The notes below the pieces were generated by a model. It was not told the DNA's origin. It saw nothing but the letters and a program-made list of their open reading frames with translations, and ran no database searches. DNA of 64,000 nt, taken from a virus. Below, one piece after another: positions 18,663 through 29,033 of this stretch. The stretch is taken from IMG/VR virus record IMGVR_UViG_3300025168_000033, positions 1-64,000 of that record; one strand, given 5' to 3'. Both the position numbers and the translations under genes were made by a program. The stretch's first letter is position 1. Each line of letters opens with the position of its first letter.

Positions 18663-19337
18663 TTATTTAGCGGTTAAAAGATTAATTGTTACTGAGTGAG
18701 TTGTTGATACATTATTTAATTGTAAGTGTTTATGAGTATCACTCGTATTTATCATAAACACATCTTTCATTGGTATTTTTTCTGAGCTTAATGCAGTTGC
18801 ACCTAATGTTGAACTTACAGCAACAGTTGAAAATGTAGCACCAGTTGAAATTGTAGGTGAAAAGGCAACAGTTGTAGTAAGAAGTGTATCAGATGTAATA
18901 TTATTAATTGTTCTTATTTGTCCTCCAGATTCTATTCTATCACCACCTGAATAACTGGTAAATGATGTTGCAACACCGGTAACAACTGTACCAGCAGATC
19001 CTATTGTTCCAGTAGCACCAGTAAAGACATCCACATAATCAAAATCTGATAATTGTAATTCTAATTGTTTTTCTGATTCTAATGCTGTTGACGGCCATGT
19101 AGCATTAATCATGATAAAATTCATATCTTGATTAATTAATGCAGTCGGTCCAGTTCCACCACTAGGTCCTAAAACAAATGACTTAACATCATAGTCAGTT
19201 ATAGCTTGACTAAAATTACTTAGATTTCCTTCAACAAAGGATAAAAGTGTATCCTTGTTTTTTGTTATTGAAGGCGTATTTCCAATAATCTTTACAAATT
19301 TACTTGTACTATCTGTTTTACTTGAACAATTACTCAT
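18663..19337 (-). CDS. putative structural (tail/fibre-like) protein
   Basis: Gly/Thr/Ser-rich; GTVVTGVATSFTS...GD motif. Confidence 0.5.
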   Translation of the reverse strand: MSNCSSKTDSTSKFVKIIGNTPSITKNKDTLLSFVEGNLSNFSQAITDYDVKSFVLGPSGGTGPTALINQDMNFIMINATWPSTALESEKQLELQLSDFDYVDVFTGATGTIGSAGTVVTGVATSFTSYSGGDRIESGGQIRTINNITSDTLLTTTVAFSPTISTGATFSTVAVSSTLGATALSSEKIPMKDVFMINTSDTHKHLQLNNVSTTHSVTINLLTAK

Positions 19338-19969
19338 TAGTGTACTGTACGTTTTTTAATTGCAAGACTTTCATCTATTGATGGCGATAAAGGCTCACCA
19401 AAAGTTTGAATGTCATCTTTAGCTTCTGTATTATATGTATCTTTATTAGATTGTTTAATGTCTTGTGATGTTTCGATAATAGTTTCTACTATAGGATTTT
19501 CAGCAATAATTTCTTCACTAGGCTTAATATAATCAACTAACGATTTAATAAATCCTAATGCAACTAATGGTAAAATACCACCTGAAATAATTGAAAGTAT
19601 TCTTTTTTGATAAATTACTGGCTCTTCATTAATTCCAAATAATTCAGTCCATGCAGTAAAATCATGTAAATGAACAAATGCATAATATGAATTACCCATA
19701 GCCTGCATAAATGTTAATACCGCAAATAACGCATAGACTAAAGTCTTATTCATTTTATCTAGGGTAACTATTGATGCAAGAGATGCAGCAGCACCTATTT
19801 CAAATGCAATTGCTAATGTTACTGCCAGCCATGTATCATTTGATAATGAAAAGAAATCTATTACGTGAATCGTAGATATTAATGAAACTAATACATACAA
19901 TCCTACAAATGTACCTATAATAAAATAGTGAACAGATTTGGATTTCTTATTTAAATTTGTATTCGACAT
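19337..19969 (-). CDS. four-TM membrane protein
   Basis: four hydrophobic segments. Confidence 0.65.
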   Translation of the reverse strand: MSNTNLNKKSKSVHYFIIGTFVGLYVLVSLISTIHVIDFFSLSNDTWLAVTLAIAFEIGAAASLASIVTLDKMNKTLVYALFAVLTFMQAMGNSYYAFVHLHDFTAWTELFGINEEPVIYQKRILSIISGGILPLVALGFIKSLVDYIKPSEEIIAENPIVETIIETSQDIKQSNKDTYNTEAKDDIQTFGEPLSPSIDESLAIKKRTVH

Positions 19970-19988
19970 ATTATTATATATTCAACAC

Positions 19989-20339
19989 TTATTTAAGTGT
20001 TAAAATACTATCTTTTATTGTAGCATGTAATTTCATCATTTGAGGACCTCTATCAATTCTTGATATTTTATCATCAAGATCCAGATATACTGAAAGTTTT
20101 TCATTTCTCATTATTTCTGGAAAGCTATCTAGTCTTGATTGTTGAGATTCTATAACATATTTTATGCTATCAATTAATTCAATTGTAACTATTTCCTGTC
20201 TTTCAAATTTTGAAATAGTTCTTGATTTACTGCAAGATTTTAAAAAGAATATTCCTAAAAGTATTGCTAGAATATAGACTTTATATTTATTGAGTATTTC
20301 TTTAATTTTATCCATGGTAATTACCTTTTTTATTTTCAC
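19989..20339 (-). CDS. membrane-anchored protein
   Basis: single TM followed by KSC; start may be Met9. Confidence 0.55.
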   Translation of the reverse strand: MKIKKVITMDKIKEILNKYKVYILAILLGIFFLKSCSKSRTISKFERQEIVTIELIDSIKYVIESQQSRLDSFPEIMRNEKLSVYLDLDDKISRIDRGPQMMKLHATIKDSILTLK

Positions 20340-20508
20340 CTTTAGGAGTATAATGCTTTAATGTAGCATCAAAATAATCCTCTTCGTCACATACACAATC
20401 CGTTATTGGCAATTCGCATCTTTCACAAATAGGTTCAAGAGAGGAATCTGATTTTTTATCATCAGATTCCTTTATAAATTCATTAAATTTCTTATAGGTC
20501 CTTGACAT
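20308..20508 (-). CDS. small Zn-finger protein with capsid-targeting-like leader
   Basis: MSRTYKKFNEFIKE; CERC...CVC; late promoter at 20522-20530. Confidence 0.6.
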   Translation of the reverse strand: MSRTYKKFNEFIKESDDKKSDSSLEPICERCELPITDCVCDEEDYFDATLKHYTPKGENKKGNYHG

Positions 20509-20537
20509 ATAGAATTTTAATTTATATATCTTGATTT

Positions 20538-21023
20538 TTAACTAGGACCATTAGTTGTATCTTCACCACCTTTTAATAAAGTATCAACATCAACTCCTTG
20601 TTCAGCAGCCTGTAATTCAGTAGCTACATCTTTAAGTTCCTGTAATTCAGTTTGAATTTCCTGCATTGGTTTTGCAAATGCATCACAAAGATCTCTAAAC
20701 ATTACAGCCATTGTAATTCCTTGACCTTCAAAAGTTTTAACAAAATGAAATGTAGCTTCAATATGTTCTCTTTTAACTAATGCTTTTGTCTTAGCTTTAA
20801 AGACACTTGTCATTTCCTTTTCAAGTTCAGCAATTGCATAACACTCATATCCTTTGAATGTAATATTATTTAAGAATCCTTCTGAATAAAATTCCACTAG
20901 ATCCTTAGATAATTCAACCATATATTTTTTATCTTTAAAACCTTGTTCTAAAGATTCAAATTTAGTTGTTAATTCTTTGACTAGATTTGTGTCAACATTA
21001 CTTTTCTTTTCTACGATTTCCAT
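20538..21023 (-). CDS. hypothetical helical protein
   Basis: follows a middle-type promoter at 21048-21077 (TGAAAC-N18-TATAAC). Confidence 0.65.
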   Translation of the reverse strand: MEIVEKKSNVDTNLVKELTTKFESLEQGFKDKKYMVELSKDLVEFYSEGFLNNITFKGYECYAIAELEKEMTSVFKAKTKALVKREHIEATFHFVKTFEGQGITMAVMFRDLCDAFAKPMQEIQTELQELKDVATELQAAEQGVDVDTLLKGGEDTTNGPS

Positions 21024-21074
21024 AAGTTATAGATTTATTTATTTTTAGTTATATACAATTAGATTTATTTTGTT

Positions 21075-21779
21075 TCATTTATTCCATTTATCTGTAAATG
21101 TTTTTTGTTGTCCCATTGTAATTCTTGCTTGATTTTTTGAATCTAATGTAATTCCAGTTTTACCAAGATTTCCATCGTGATGATTTACAACTGAATCGCA
21201 CACTAGAGCATGTTTAATATTGTTTGTTTCTAATGTCAATGCATAATCATTATCACAAAACCAAAATTCAAAGTTTTCATCAAGTTTGCCTCCTGGATAT
21301 GTATCATAAATATCTCGTTGCTGAAATATACACCATCCTGCTAGTTCACCTCTTACTCGATATCCTTCATAAATTTTGCCTTTATGTTGTGAATTATCTC
21401 CTTGTGTTTGAGGGCACCATGGACTTACAGATTTATATATTGGATTAGTTTCCATAAAGTCAATGATAACATTTGCCCAATCCCTTTCAAATGTCAAATC
21501 ATTATTACAAAGTGCAACATATTTTGATTTACCCGCTTTACGACCAATATTTAGATATCGATGATAACCAAAAGGTACTTCAGGATGGATAGTTGTAACT
21601 TTATGCTTCCACTTGAAATCATTATATTCATTGTATGTGATATCTGAATTAGATTCTATCACATAAACATAAAATGTACCATCGGCTTTTGTCAACGAAT
21701 TAATAGCATCTTTAGTTACTTTCTTTAACTCTTCAGTTTTTGCATCACTTATTAATACTACGTCTATTACTCTTTTCAT
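21075..21779 (-). CDS. GT2-like glycosyltransferase
   Basis: CNND (DxD equivalent) and LDENFEFWFCDND. Confidence 0.8.
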   Translation of the reverse strand: MKRVIDVVLISDAKTEELKKVTKDAINSLTKADGTFYVYVIESNSDITYNEYNDFKWKHKVTTIHPEVPFGYHRYLNIGRKAGKSKYVALCNNDLTFERDWANVIIDFMETNPIYKSVSPWCPQTQGDNSQHKGKIYEGYRVRGELAGWCIFQQRDIYDTYPGGKLDENFEFWFCDNDYALTLETNNIKHALVCDSVVNHHDGNLGKTGITLDSKNQARITMGQQKTFTDKWNK

Positions 21780-22230
21780 AATTTATTAAAGTTTTATATT
21801 CAGATATTTTATCGGAGCATATTCCATTGCAATTATCAATATTCCAATTTGTTGTAATTTCTGGCATAACTGCAATAGATTTCGATGTTAATTTCTTACC
21901 TGGATATGTCCATATATATTTCTTAGATGTTAATGTCACATCATCTTCTTGATGCCAAAAGTAATTAAATTCATATCCACACTCAGCCAAGAATACCATA
22001 GATTCTAGATCTTTACAATGAATCCACAGTTTAATCAGTCGATCTTTGAACCATCTAAAGTCAACCTTATATTGAGGTTTGTCATGACCTAGAAATAAAA
22101 CGTTATCAACAAACCAAACGTCAATCTCAACATCATAGCCTTCTTTAATTGCTTTGTCGATATATGTTGGCTCGTTTTCATACGATTCAAATCTACCGTT
22201 TATATTTCCTCTATGTGATATTAATTTCAT
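21745..22230 (-). CDS. GDPD-like phosphodiesterase
   Basis: ISHRGN, EN, DVEIDVW, LGHD, HCK and GICSD. Confidence 0.85.
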   Translation of the reverse strand: MKLISHRGNINGRFESYENEPTYIDKAIKEGYDVEIDVWFVDNVLFLGHDKPQYKVDFRWFKDRLIKLWIHCKDLESMVFLAECGYEFNYFWHQEDDVTLTSKKYIWTYPGKKLTSKSIAVMPEITTNWNIDNCNGICSDKISEYKTLINYEKSNRRSINK

Positions 22231-22964
22231 AAATACCCAGCTAATATAGTTTTTAATTTTTCAGAATTATTAATAACTCTCATGTGTTCTTGACATTTAC
22301 CAGCATAAATATTATCCTCTCGTAGATTAACTTTTATAATATTTGACACATAGTTTGGTATCCAAGTGTGGTATTGATATTTATTTGTATACATTGATAT
22401 AGAATCATATAAATACTTGAATTTATTTGCGTTCGTATGAGACATAACAAAATGAAAGTCACCTCCACAAGAACCATTCCAAGCATTACAATAAATACTA
22501 TTTGTTACATCATACATATCTAAATTCATATCAGCCCATAGTAAAATATCATATCGATACACTATTACTATATCGTATTTTATATTTTGCTCTATTTCAT
22601 AAATATCCTTTAATTCTATAGATTTCTTAATTGATAGTGATCCACTAACACCACCAAAATCAGAAGATTTCACAATGGTTGGTGTTATGACTGTATCATA
22701 TCTTGTATTGTCTTCAAACAAGTGTTTTTTAGGTTCATAAATTCGAGTTAAGTTATATGATAAATCTAGATTCCAGCCATGAAGAAAAAAATCAAATTCA
22801 TAATCTGGATTGACATTAATTATGTGTTTAAATATTGAATTTCTAACTGCAACATAATCAATATATTCACCGACTCTATAAACATCACCTGGAACACAAA
22901 ATCGTACATCATCGGCATCTTTTTTACCAACAGCTCCTTTAATACAGATTGCTACTCTTTTCAT
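22227..22964 (-). CDS. putative glycosyltransferase-like protein
   Basis: VAICIKG, FFLHGW and YDIVIVYRYD; sits in the sugar cluster. Confidence 0.55.
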   Translation of the reverse strand: MKRVAICIKGAVGKKDADDVRFCVPGDVYRVGEYIDYVAVRNSIFKHIINVNPDYEFDFFLHGWNLDLSYNLTRIYEPKKHLFEDNTRYDTVITPTIVKSSDFGGVSGSLSIKKSIELKDIYEIEQNIKYDIVIVYRYDILLWADMNLDMYDVTNSIYCNAWNGSCGGDFHFVMSHTNANKFKYLYDSISMYTNKYQYHTWIPNYVSNIIKVNLREDNIYAGKCQEHMRVINNSEKLKTILAGYL

Positions 22965-22973
22965 ATTATTTTA

Positions 22974-23669
22974 TTATTTAATTATATATGCAGTTGGACA
23001 AAAATAATCTAGATATTTGAGTTCGATGCCTTTCTCTTCTATAAATCTGTCAACTCCGACAGATTCACTCCACTTATGATAGCCATATTCATCGAATATA
23101 ATAATTCCACCTTTACTAACACGATCCCATAAATTACATAACGATTCATAAGTTGGTTCATCCAAGTCTAAATCCATGTATAAAAATGAGATCTTAAATC
23201 CAGGATTTTCTATAACAAATGTTCTAGTAGTTTCTATTATATTACCTTCAATTAGTTCAAAATCGTCAGTAGTAAATCCATCAGATATCAAATTATCTGA
23301 TAATAGTTGTTTGTATGAAGTTCCATAATTAAAGTCTCTACCATTAAATAAAGTGCTCATAGCATTTTTATCGTGATCTGATTTAATAGATGATAACAGA
23401 TCATCAGTATTGAAAAAATCAAATCCAATAACTTTCTTTGATCCGTTAGGGTTCATTAAGGTTTTCAACTTTAAAAATGTATATAATCCACTACCTTTAA
23501 AAACACCGCATTCAACTATATCACCTGGAACATGTTTTACTGTATCATACAATAAAGTTCTTGCAATTAATTTATTGAAAAGTCGTCTATCAGAACTCAT
23601 TATAAATGAATTAAAACTATCATATAGTTCTTGAGTGTTTGATGTAATTTCTAAATTTTCTATTTTCAT
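22974..23669 (-). CDS. TylF/MycF-like O-methyltransferase
   Basis: GDIVECGVFKG, GFDFF, MDLDL and GGIIIFDEY. Confidence 0.85.
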   Translation of the reverse strand: MKIENLEITSNTQELYDSFNSFIMSSDRRLFNKLIARTLLYDTVKHVPGDIVECGVFKGSGLYTFLKLKTLMNPNGSKKVIGFDFFNTDDLLSSIKSDHDKNAMSTLFNGRDFNYGTSYKQLLSDNLISDGFTTDDFELIEGNIIETTRTFVIENPGFKISFLYMDLDLDEPTYESLCNLWDRVSKGGIIIFDEYGYHKWSESVGVDRFIEEKGIELKYLDYFCPTAYIIK

Positions 23670-23705
23670 AATTTCTATTTAGTAAATTTGTTAATTTTTA
23701 TCTTG

Positions 23706-25073
23706 TTATTTTAATTTATTTTTAATATACGTTTTTAAATCTTCTGGGGTTCCTAATCCCCACATTTTAGGTACATCAAAAGTTTTTATTTTTTTATTAT
23801 CTGCAATTGCCTGATTAAATACAGGACAAACATAAAATTCATCATTTACTCTAACATTTTGTTCAATCATTTCTTCTGCATATTTTACAAAATCTGAACC
23901 GTTTTTCCAATAGTAATATCCTACAGTTGCAATATCAGAAATTGGATTTTTCTCGGCAACTTCAGTTACATATCCTTCTTCGTTTATTTTTGCAAAAGAC
24001 CATTTAGGATGCGTAGCTCTGAAAGTAACCATTCCACCATCAACGTTGCTTTCATTCATTTTGTACATGAATTCGTTAGAATCCCATTCTACAAATTGAT
24101 CTGAATTTGCAAAGAATAACGGAGCATCAGAATCAATAAATTCCTTTGCCAATAAAGCGGTACAAGCAGCACCTTCAGTTATGCCATCAGTTTCTACTAT
24201 CGTACAACCTGGAGTAATCAGATTTAATAACGTATCTAAGTTATATTGCTTTCTATGTGATTTCTGTACAACATAAATATAATTAGCTTCGATATTCAAG
24301 TTATCAACAACTACTTGTATCATTGGTTTGTTATCAACTTCTATTAATGGTTTTGGAAATGTGTAACCAGCTTTTACAAATCGACTACCTGCACCAGCCA
24401 TTGGAATAAGTACATTTAATTTATTATCTTTCCATTTAGGTATGTCCATAGTATGACTATTTTTGATGTTATTTGTTATGTTTTCGTATGTTACTTCTTT
24501 AGGATTTTTGACTCTTAAAATATGAGATTTACTACGAGCAGCCGCCAATAAACCTGTTGGAGAATCCTCAACAATAAGAGTTTCTTCTGGTAAATAATTC
24601 ATTTTAGACATTGCAGTCCAATACATCTCTGGATGAGGTTTGCTGTTTTGAACATCCTCATTCGATATAATCAAATCCATATATTCAATTAAACCAATCT
24701 TAGCTAACATTACAATTACTGATCGTCTAATTGAATTAGAACAGCATGCTATTTTATATCCATCGGTTCTCAATTTTATGAAAGTTTCAATTAGATTATG
24801 ATCAAACGTTAAACTTGAAATTGCTTCTATTGTTAACTGTTGTTTCATATCCCAAATAGCTGTATGAAAAGCTGCTCGGAGATTCTTTCGTTCAGTTAAC
24901 ATCTCTAATTTCTGATTAGTTTTTAAGCCATCATATAATGTCAAATGCTCATTTAAGTTAATAGCAAACTCTGAACCTGCAATATGTTCAATTGCAGAAT
25001 TTAGTGTAGTATAGTGAATATCTTTAGCTTCTACTAAGACTCCATCTAGATCAAATATTATTAGTTGTATCAT
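23706..25073 (-). CDS. HAD phosphatase / sugar nucleotidyltransferase fusion
   Basis: FDLDGVL, KPHP and EDS in the N-terminal half; IPMAGAGSRF, PKPLI and GTPEDL in the C-terminal half. Confidence 0.9.
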   Translation of the reverse strand: MIQLIIFDLDGVLVEAKDIHYTTLNSAIEHIAGSEFAINLNEHLTLYDGLKTNQKLEMLTERKNLRAAFHTAIWDMKQQLTIEAISSLTFDHNLIETFIKLRTDGYKIACCSNSIRRSVIVMLAKIGLIEYMDLIISNEDVQNSKPHPEMYWTAMSKMNYLPEETLIVEDSPTGLLAAARSKSHILRVKNPKEVTYENITNNIKNSHTMDIPKWKDNKLNVLIPMAGAGSRFVKAGYTFPKPLIEVDNKPMIQVVVDNLNIEANYIYVVQKSHRKQYNLDTLLNLITPGCTIVETDGITEGAACTALLAKEFIDSDAPLFFANSDQFVEWDSNEFMYKMNESNVDGGMVTFRATHPKWSFAKINEEGYVTEVAEKNPISDIATVGYYYWKNGSDFVKYAEEMIEQNVRVNDEFYVCPVFNQAIADNKKIKTFDVPKMWGLGTPEDLKTYIKNKLK

Positions 25074-25735
25074 TTTCTTTTTATAATGAATTTTGTGAAA
25101 TATTTGTACTTATCATTAATTAGCATTTCAAAATTATAATCACCTTCTAATGAATCTAATGTAATTCCATAAATATCAAACAATATTGCCCAACCTCGTT
25201 CCATTCCCATTTGCTGAATTTTATTGATTGGATATATTAAATGATCAGATTTTATTCGCTTAATATCTTCAACATGAATAGAAAACATAGGACCAAAAAC
25301 ACCTTTATTGTATTTTATCTGTCCGAACGAATTAAAACAAAAATCGACTTGTTCTTGAGAATCATATAAATTAGTATTAAATTGAATTAAATTAACAGCT
25401 GTACCAGGTTTTAATTTTTCATCTATTGCTTTGAAAAAATCACTGCGTTTTATTCTAATTGAATCTTGTATAAAAAAGAATTTATCTGATTTGATGTTAT
25501 TTATCGCATAAATATATGCCCCAGTATCAAAACCCCTATATGGTGTTTTGTGAACATGTATTGTGTAATTATATGGATTTGTTTTTGCTATCGAATCTAA
25601 AAATTCTATAGTATCTAATTCATTTGATTGCGTATCAATAATAGCCACATCGTGACCTAATAAATCAATGTCTTCTAAATTTACAAGAAGCTTGGATAAA
25701 TGTAGCTTTCCGTTATGTGACGCTATTACTATCAT
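25070..25735 (-). CDS. glycosyltransferase-like protein
   Basis: IIDT, GFDTGAY, IQDS and MER. Confidence 0.6.
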   Translation of the reverse strand: MIVIASHNGKLHLSKLLVNLEDIDLLGHDVAIIDTQSNELDTIEFLDSIAKTNPYNYTIHVHKTPYRGFDTGAYIYAINNIKSDKFFFIQDSIRIKRSDFFKAIDEKLKPGTAVNLIQFNTNLYDSQEQVDFCFNSFGQIKYNKGVFGPMFSIHVEDIKRIKSDHLIYPINKIQQMGMERGWAILFDIYGITLDSLEGDYNFEMLINDKYKYFTKFIIKRK

Positions 25736-26461
25736 TTATTTTATTTTTGCATGATAACCTTTAACATAAGATATAAATTTTGTATAGTATTCTTTTAATT
25801 CATCAAGATTCAATTTAAATATCTGTGGCACTTCATTTTGTTCATTACTAATCCAGATTTCTGCGGTCTGTGGCATTATATTATGTCTTTCATAATATGC
25901 AAATGCATAAGCAGAAGCCTGTAAAAAATAGTTTTCAATCCATTCTCGTTTCTTAGGTTTTCCTGAACTTTTAAAATCAATTACTACAAGATTTCCATTA
26001 ATCATTTTTGCTATTAAATCTACTCGACCTGCATAACCACCACCGTTAATACTCCATAGAGCAACTTCCTGAATTACAACATCGTCGATAGTATTAAATA
26101 CGCCATCACGATGCATATTCATAAATAAATTTTTACCGCTAATAAGTTGTTCCCTGCTAAAATCTTTTACTTCTTTATCATCCATTGTTTCTATGAATGT
26201 ATCCTTTAGCATATTTTCTTCAGGCAATTTTTCTTCATATTTTTTACGCAAATAATTTTCACATAATAAATGCATGAATGTTCCTCTATTAGCAGCATTA
26301 GTAGAAATTCTATTTGCTTCTTTTTTACCGACTTTTTTAATCCAGTCATCAATGCCAGATTTATCTGACATTGAACCTAATATAGTTGTGACTGAGGGTA
26401 ATTTTAAATCAGTTCCATCAGGAGTATAGAACCTTCCGTTAGGTGTTGTTACAGTTTTCAA
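25736..26461 (-). CDS. PD-(D/E)xK exonuclease
   Basis: PSVTTIL, RGT..H, E, GRVD, IDFKSS and QASAY. Confidence 0.85.
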   Translation of the reverse strand: MKTVTTPNGRFYTPDGTDLKLPSVTTILGSMSDKSGIDDWIKKVGKKEANRISTNAANRGTFMHLLCENYLRKKYEEKLPEENMLKDTFIETMDDKEVKDFSREQLISGKNLFMNMHRDGVFNTIDDVVIQEVALWSINGGGYAGRVDLIAKMINGNLVVIDFKSSGKPKKREWIENYFLQASAYAFAYYERHNIMPQTAEIWISNEQNEVPQIFKLNLDELKEYYTKFISYVKGYHAKIK

Positions 26462-26973
26462 AATGGTAAATATGAGAAAATGTTACTAAAAAAGTTTGAT
26501 ATTGCACCTAAATAATCAAGACCTAAATAAGTCAATAATATATTATTTAGTGTTCCTATTAATAGCCAGTAAAATAACCATTTAATAATTTCATATGCTA
26601 TTGCCTTTAAATTTAAGTAATCAAATTCAGGAGCTAAAGTAATTAAAAAATTTATGTTATCTATGCGTTCAATTCTAGGATATACAATTTCCGAGCAACC
26701 TATTTTAGCCATTACCGTATCTAACGGCTTTAACTTTTCCATTATTGCTGGCCAGATAGAATTTGGATTTTTAGATAAATCTTCATCTATAGAAATAACA
26801 GTATACATACGACTTATATTGTCTACTCGTATATTACTTTCTTTTAATAATTCCTTAACTTTAGTTTCTTTAACTGCTTTACGTACAATATTCCATTCAT
26901 GAATATCATAATACATATTGTACGGCCATGACCATACATTAAAAATAGATAAAATTTTCAATAGTCTTTTCAT
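26458..26973 (-). CDS. membrane-associated hypothetical protein
   Basis: C-terminal hydrophobic helices; promoter TGAAAC-N18-TATAAA at 26978-27007. Confidence 0.6.
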   Translation of the reverse strand: MKRLLKILSIFNVWSWPYNMYYDIHEWNIVRKAVKETKVKELLKESNIRVDNISRMYTVISIDEDLSKNPNSIWPAIMEKLKPLDTVMAKIGCSEIVYPRIERIDNINFLITLAPEFDYLNLKAIAYEIIKWLFYWLLIGTLNNILLTYLGLDYLGAISNFFSNIFSYLPF

Positions 26974-26991
26974 ATTCTTTATATTATGAAA

Positions 26992-27612
26992 CTAGTTATT
27001 TGTTTCAGCTTCAATTGCGGCATTGATTCTTTGTTTACCGCGAGTTACACGATTTTTAATTGTCATTAACGGAACATCATATTTAGCAGCTAATTCTTTA
27101 TATGATAATTCATTAACAAATCTATCTATCAAAATTTCCTTGAATGAAGGTTTCATTTTTTCAATTACCGCGATTGTTTTATCATACATTTTTTTGATTT
27201 CAGTTTCTTCTTCCATCATGGCTTCATTAATTACATAATCATTTTCAACAGACATTAATGCATCTAATTTACCGCTTAATGTTTTATTACCTGCATCATC
27301 AGTATATTCCATTGCTGAAAATAAAACATGACCATTTCTTTTCTTTTTTCTTAGATATTGTCTTGCTTCGTTAGATGCAATTGTATAAATCCAAGTTGAC
27401 ATATTATACATAGGATCGAATTGATCGATCTTATTGTATACCTTAGTCATTGTCATTGCAACTAGATCTTCAGATATATTGAAGTCTTTTACAAATCCAT
27501 AAATGTGTTTTCTTAAGCCTGGGGTAATTCGATTATAAAGAACCGTGTAATCTTTGTCGGATCTAGTATTATAATAATTCAGTCCGATTTGCTTTAATGT
27601 GATTTTGCGCAT
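26992..27612 (-). CDS. ECF-type sigma-70 factor
   Basis: region 2 (EDLV...STWIYTIASN) and region 4 HTH (LSYKELAAKYDVPLMTIKNRVTRG). Confidence 0.9.
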   Translation of the reverse strand: MRKITLKQIGLNYYNTRSDKDYTVLYNRITPGLRKHIYGFVKDFNISEDLVAMTMTKVYNKIDQFDPMYNMSTWIYTIASNEARQYLRKKKRNGHVLFSAMEYTDDAGNKTLSGKLDALMSVENDYVINEAMMEEETEIKKMYDKTIAVIEKMKPSFKEILIDRFVNELSYKELAAKYDVPLMTIKNRVTRGKQRINAAIEAETNN

Positions 27613-27635
27613 GTGCTATTAGTTTAGTTTATTGT

Positions 27636-27686
27636 TAATTAATTATAGTATAAATATAATCAAAATAATCGACAAAGTAAAATCCT
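27636..27686 (-). promoter_or_regulatory. early promoter repeat upstream of the ECF sigma
   Basis: TGTCGATTATTTTGATTATATTTATACTATAATTAATTAAC. Confidence 0.75.
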
Positions 27687-27704
27687 GGAGCGGTTATTTT
27701 ACAT

Positions 27705-28214
27705 TTATTTTATAAACATATCCATAGTAGCCTGTATAGTTTTTAATTCAACAGGCTTTAATTCCCATTTGTCAATATTACAATTTATATTAATGTGTTT
27801 ATCTTTCATTGTTGTAAGAACCTTTGTTCCGCCATGAACATGAATAGTGTTTTTAGTTCTACCTGCCCAATCAGCTAAAGGCCAATATGATATTACTAGA
27901 TCCTTTGTATCTACATATTGAATTGTATTATCCAGCAATACGTGATTTTCAAATTTTTCGATTGTTTCATAAATAGCACTATCCCATTCACTTGTCATGA
28001 AATTTATGTTACCATTTAATCTATTCATGGCATCTTCAGATGATAACGGATCCCATGCAAAATCACCTAAATGATATACAATATCATTAGGCTTTACAAC
28101 ACTATTCCAGTTTTTTATTAAAGCATTATTCATTTCTTCAGCAGTTTCAAATCCTCTGGATTTTACTGCTTTAGGTCGTGATAGACATAGATTTGATGCA
28201 AAGAATATTTTCAT
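27705..28214 (-). CDS. calcineurin-like phosphoesterase homolog with degenerate active site
   Basis: LIKNWNSVV and YHLGDFA are present; other metal ligands are altered. Confidence 0.75.
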   Translation of the reverse strand: MKIFFASNLCLSRPKAVKSRGFETAEEMNNALIKNWNSVVKPNDIVYHLGDFAWDPLSSEDAMNRLNGNINFMTSEWDSAIYETIEKFENHVLLDNTIQYVDTKDLVISYWPLADWAGRTKNTIHVHGGTKVLTTMKDKHININCNIDKWELKPVELKTIQATMDMFIK

Positions 28215-28234
28215 AATTGTACACTATTATATAA

Positions 28235-28264
28235 ATTATATTCACGTATAATTACTTTGTTTCA
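28235..28264 (-). promoter_or_regulatory. putative middle promoter
   Basis: TGAAAC-N18-TATAAT. Confidence 0.7.
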
Positions 28265-28276
28265 CAAAAATATAAA

Positions 28277-29005
28277 TTATTTTAGTTCTTCTAAATGAGC
28301 CAAGATTTTACCTACTAATTTGTTTCTTACAACATCGGAAACTCCTAATGTAATAGTACCAACACCATCAAAATCTATGAATGTTTTAATCATCCATTCC
28401 AATCCACTAGATCTTTTAGATTTTCTATCTATTTGATCTCTATCACCTAGAAATATCATTCTTGAATCATGTCCTAATCGAGTTAAAATAGTTACAATAT
28501 GATCCTGTGTAAGATTTTGTGCCTCATCAATAATTACAATAGAATTATCTAGGTTGATTCCACGCATATAGGCTATAGGAAGAACATCAATAGTTTTATT
28601 TGCTTTTAATGATTCTGTTAAACTAGGTCCTATTATTTTTTGAATGTTATGAATAAAAGAATAAATAAAAGGTTCCATCTTGTCTTCCATACCACCTTTA
28701 AGAAATCCTATTTCTTCATCTTTCAAAGTAGTTACAGATTTTACTAATATGATTTGTTTATATTTACCTGGATATGCCTTTAATAATTTTAATGCTTGAT
28801 AGCATGCTAAATATGTTTTTCCAGTTCCAGCTAATCCAGAGCATATAGTTACTTCGTTTGTTTTTATTGAATTTACCAATAATTTTTGTCCTTCAGTCTT
28901 ACACTTTAAATTAAGTGCGATATTAGATAGCATATGAGGTTTTGATTTAGATTGATTTGAAGCGATATTAGCTTCATCTTCTTCGGTTAATTTATATTTT
29001 GGCAT
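28277..29005 (-). CDS. phoH: PhoH family ATPase
   Basis: GLAGTGKT, IGFLKG, YMRG, IIDEAQN, TRLG and GDxxQ. Confidence 0.95.
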   Translation of the reverse strand: MPKYKLTEEDEANIASNQSKSKPHMLSNIALNLKCKTEGQKLLVNSIKTNEVTICSGLAGTGKTYLACYQALKLLKAYPGKYKQIILVKSVTTLKDEEIGFLKGGMEDKMEPFIYSFIHNIQKIIGPSLTESLKANKTIDVLPIAYMRGINLDNSIVIIDEAQNLTQDHIVTILTRLGHDSRMIFLGDRDQIDRKSKRSSGLEWMIKTFIDFDGVGTITLGVSDVVRNKLVGKILAHLEELK

Positions 29006-29033
29006 AAGTAAAACGATTTATAGTGTATATATC

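Noticed and set aside
25736-26461. Cas4 indicating a CRISPR system
   Set aside because: It lacks the Fe-S cysteines and any array; it is an ordinary phage PD-(D/E)xK exonuclease.
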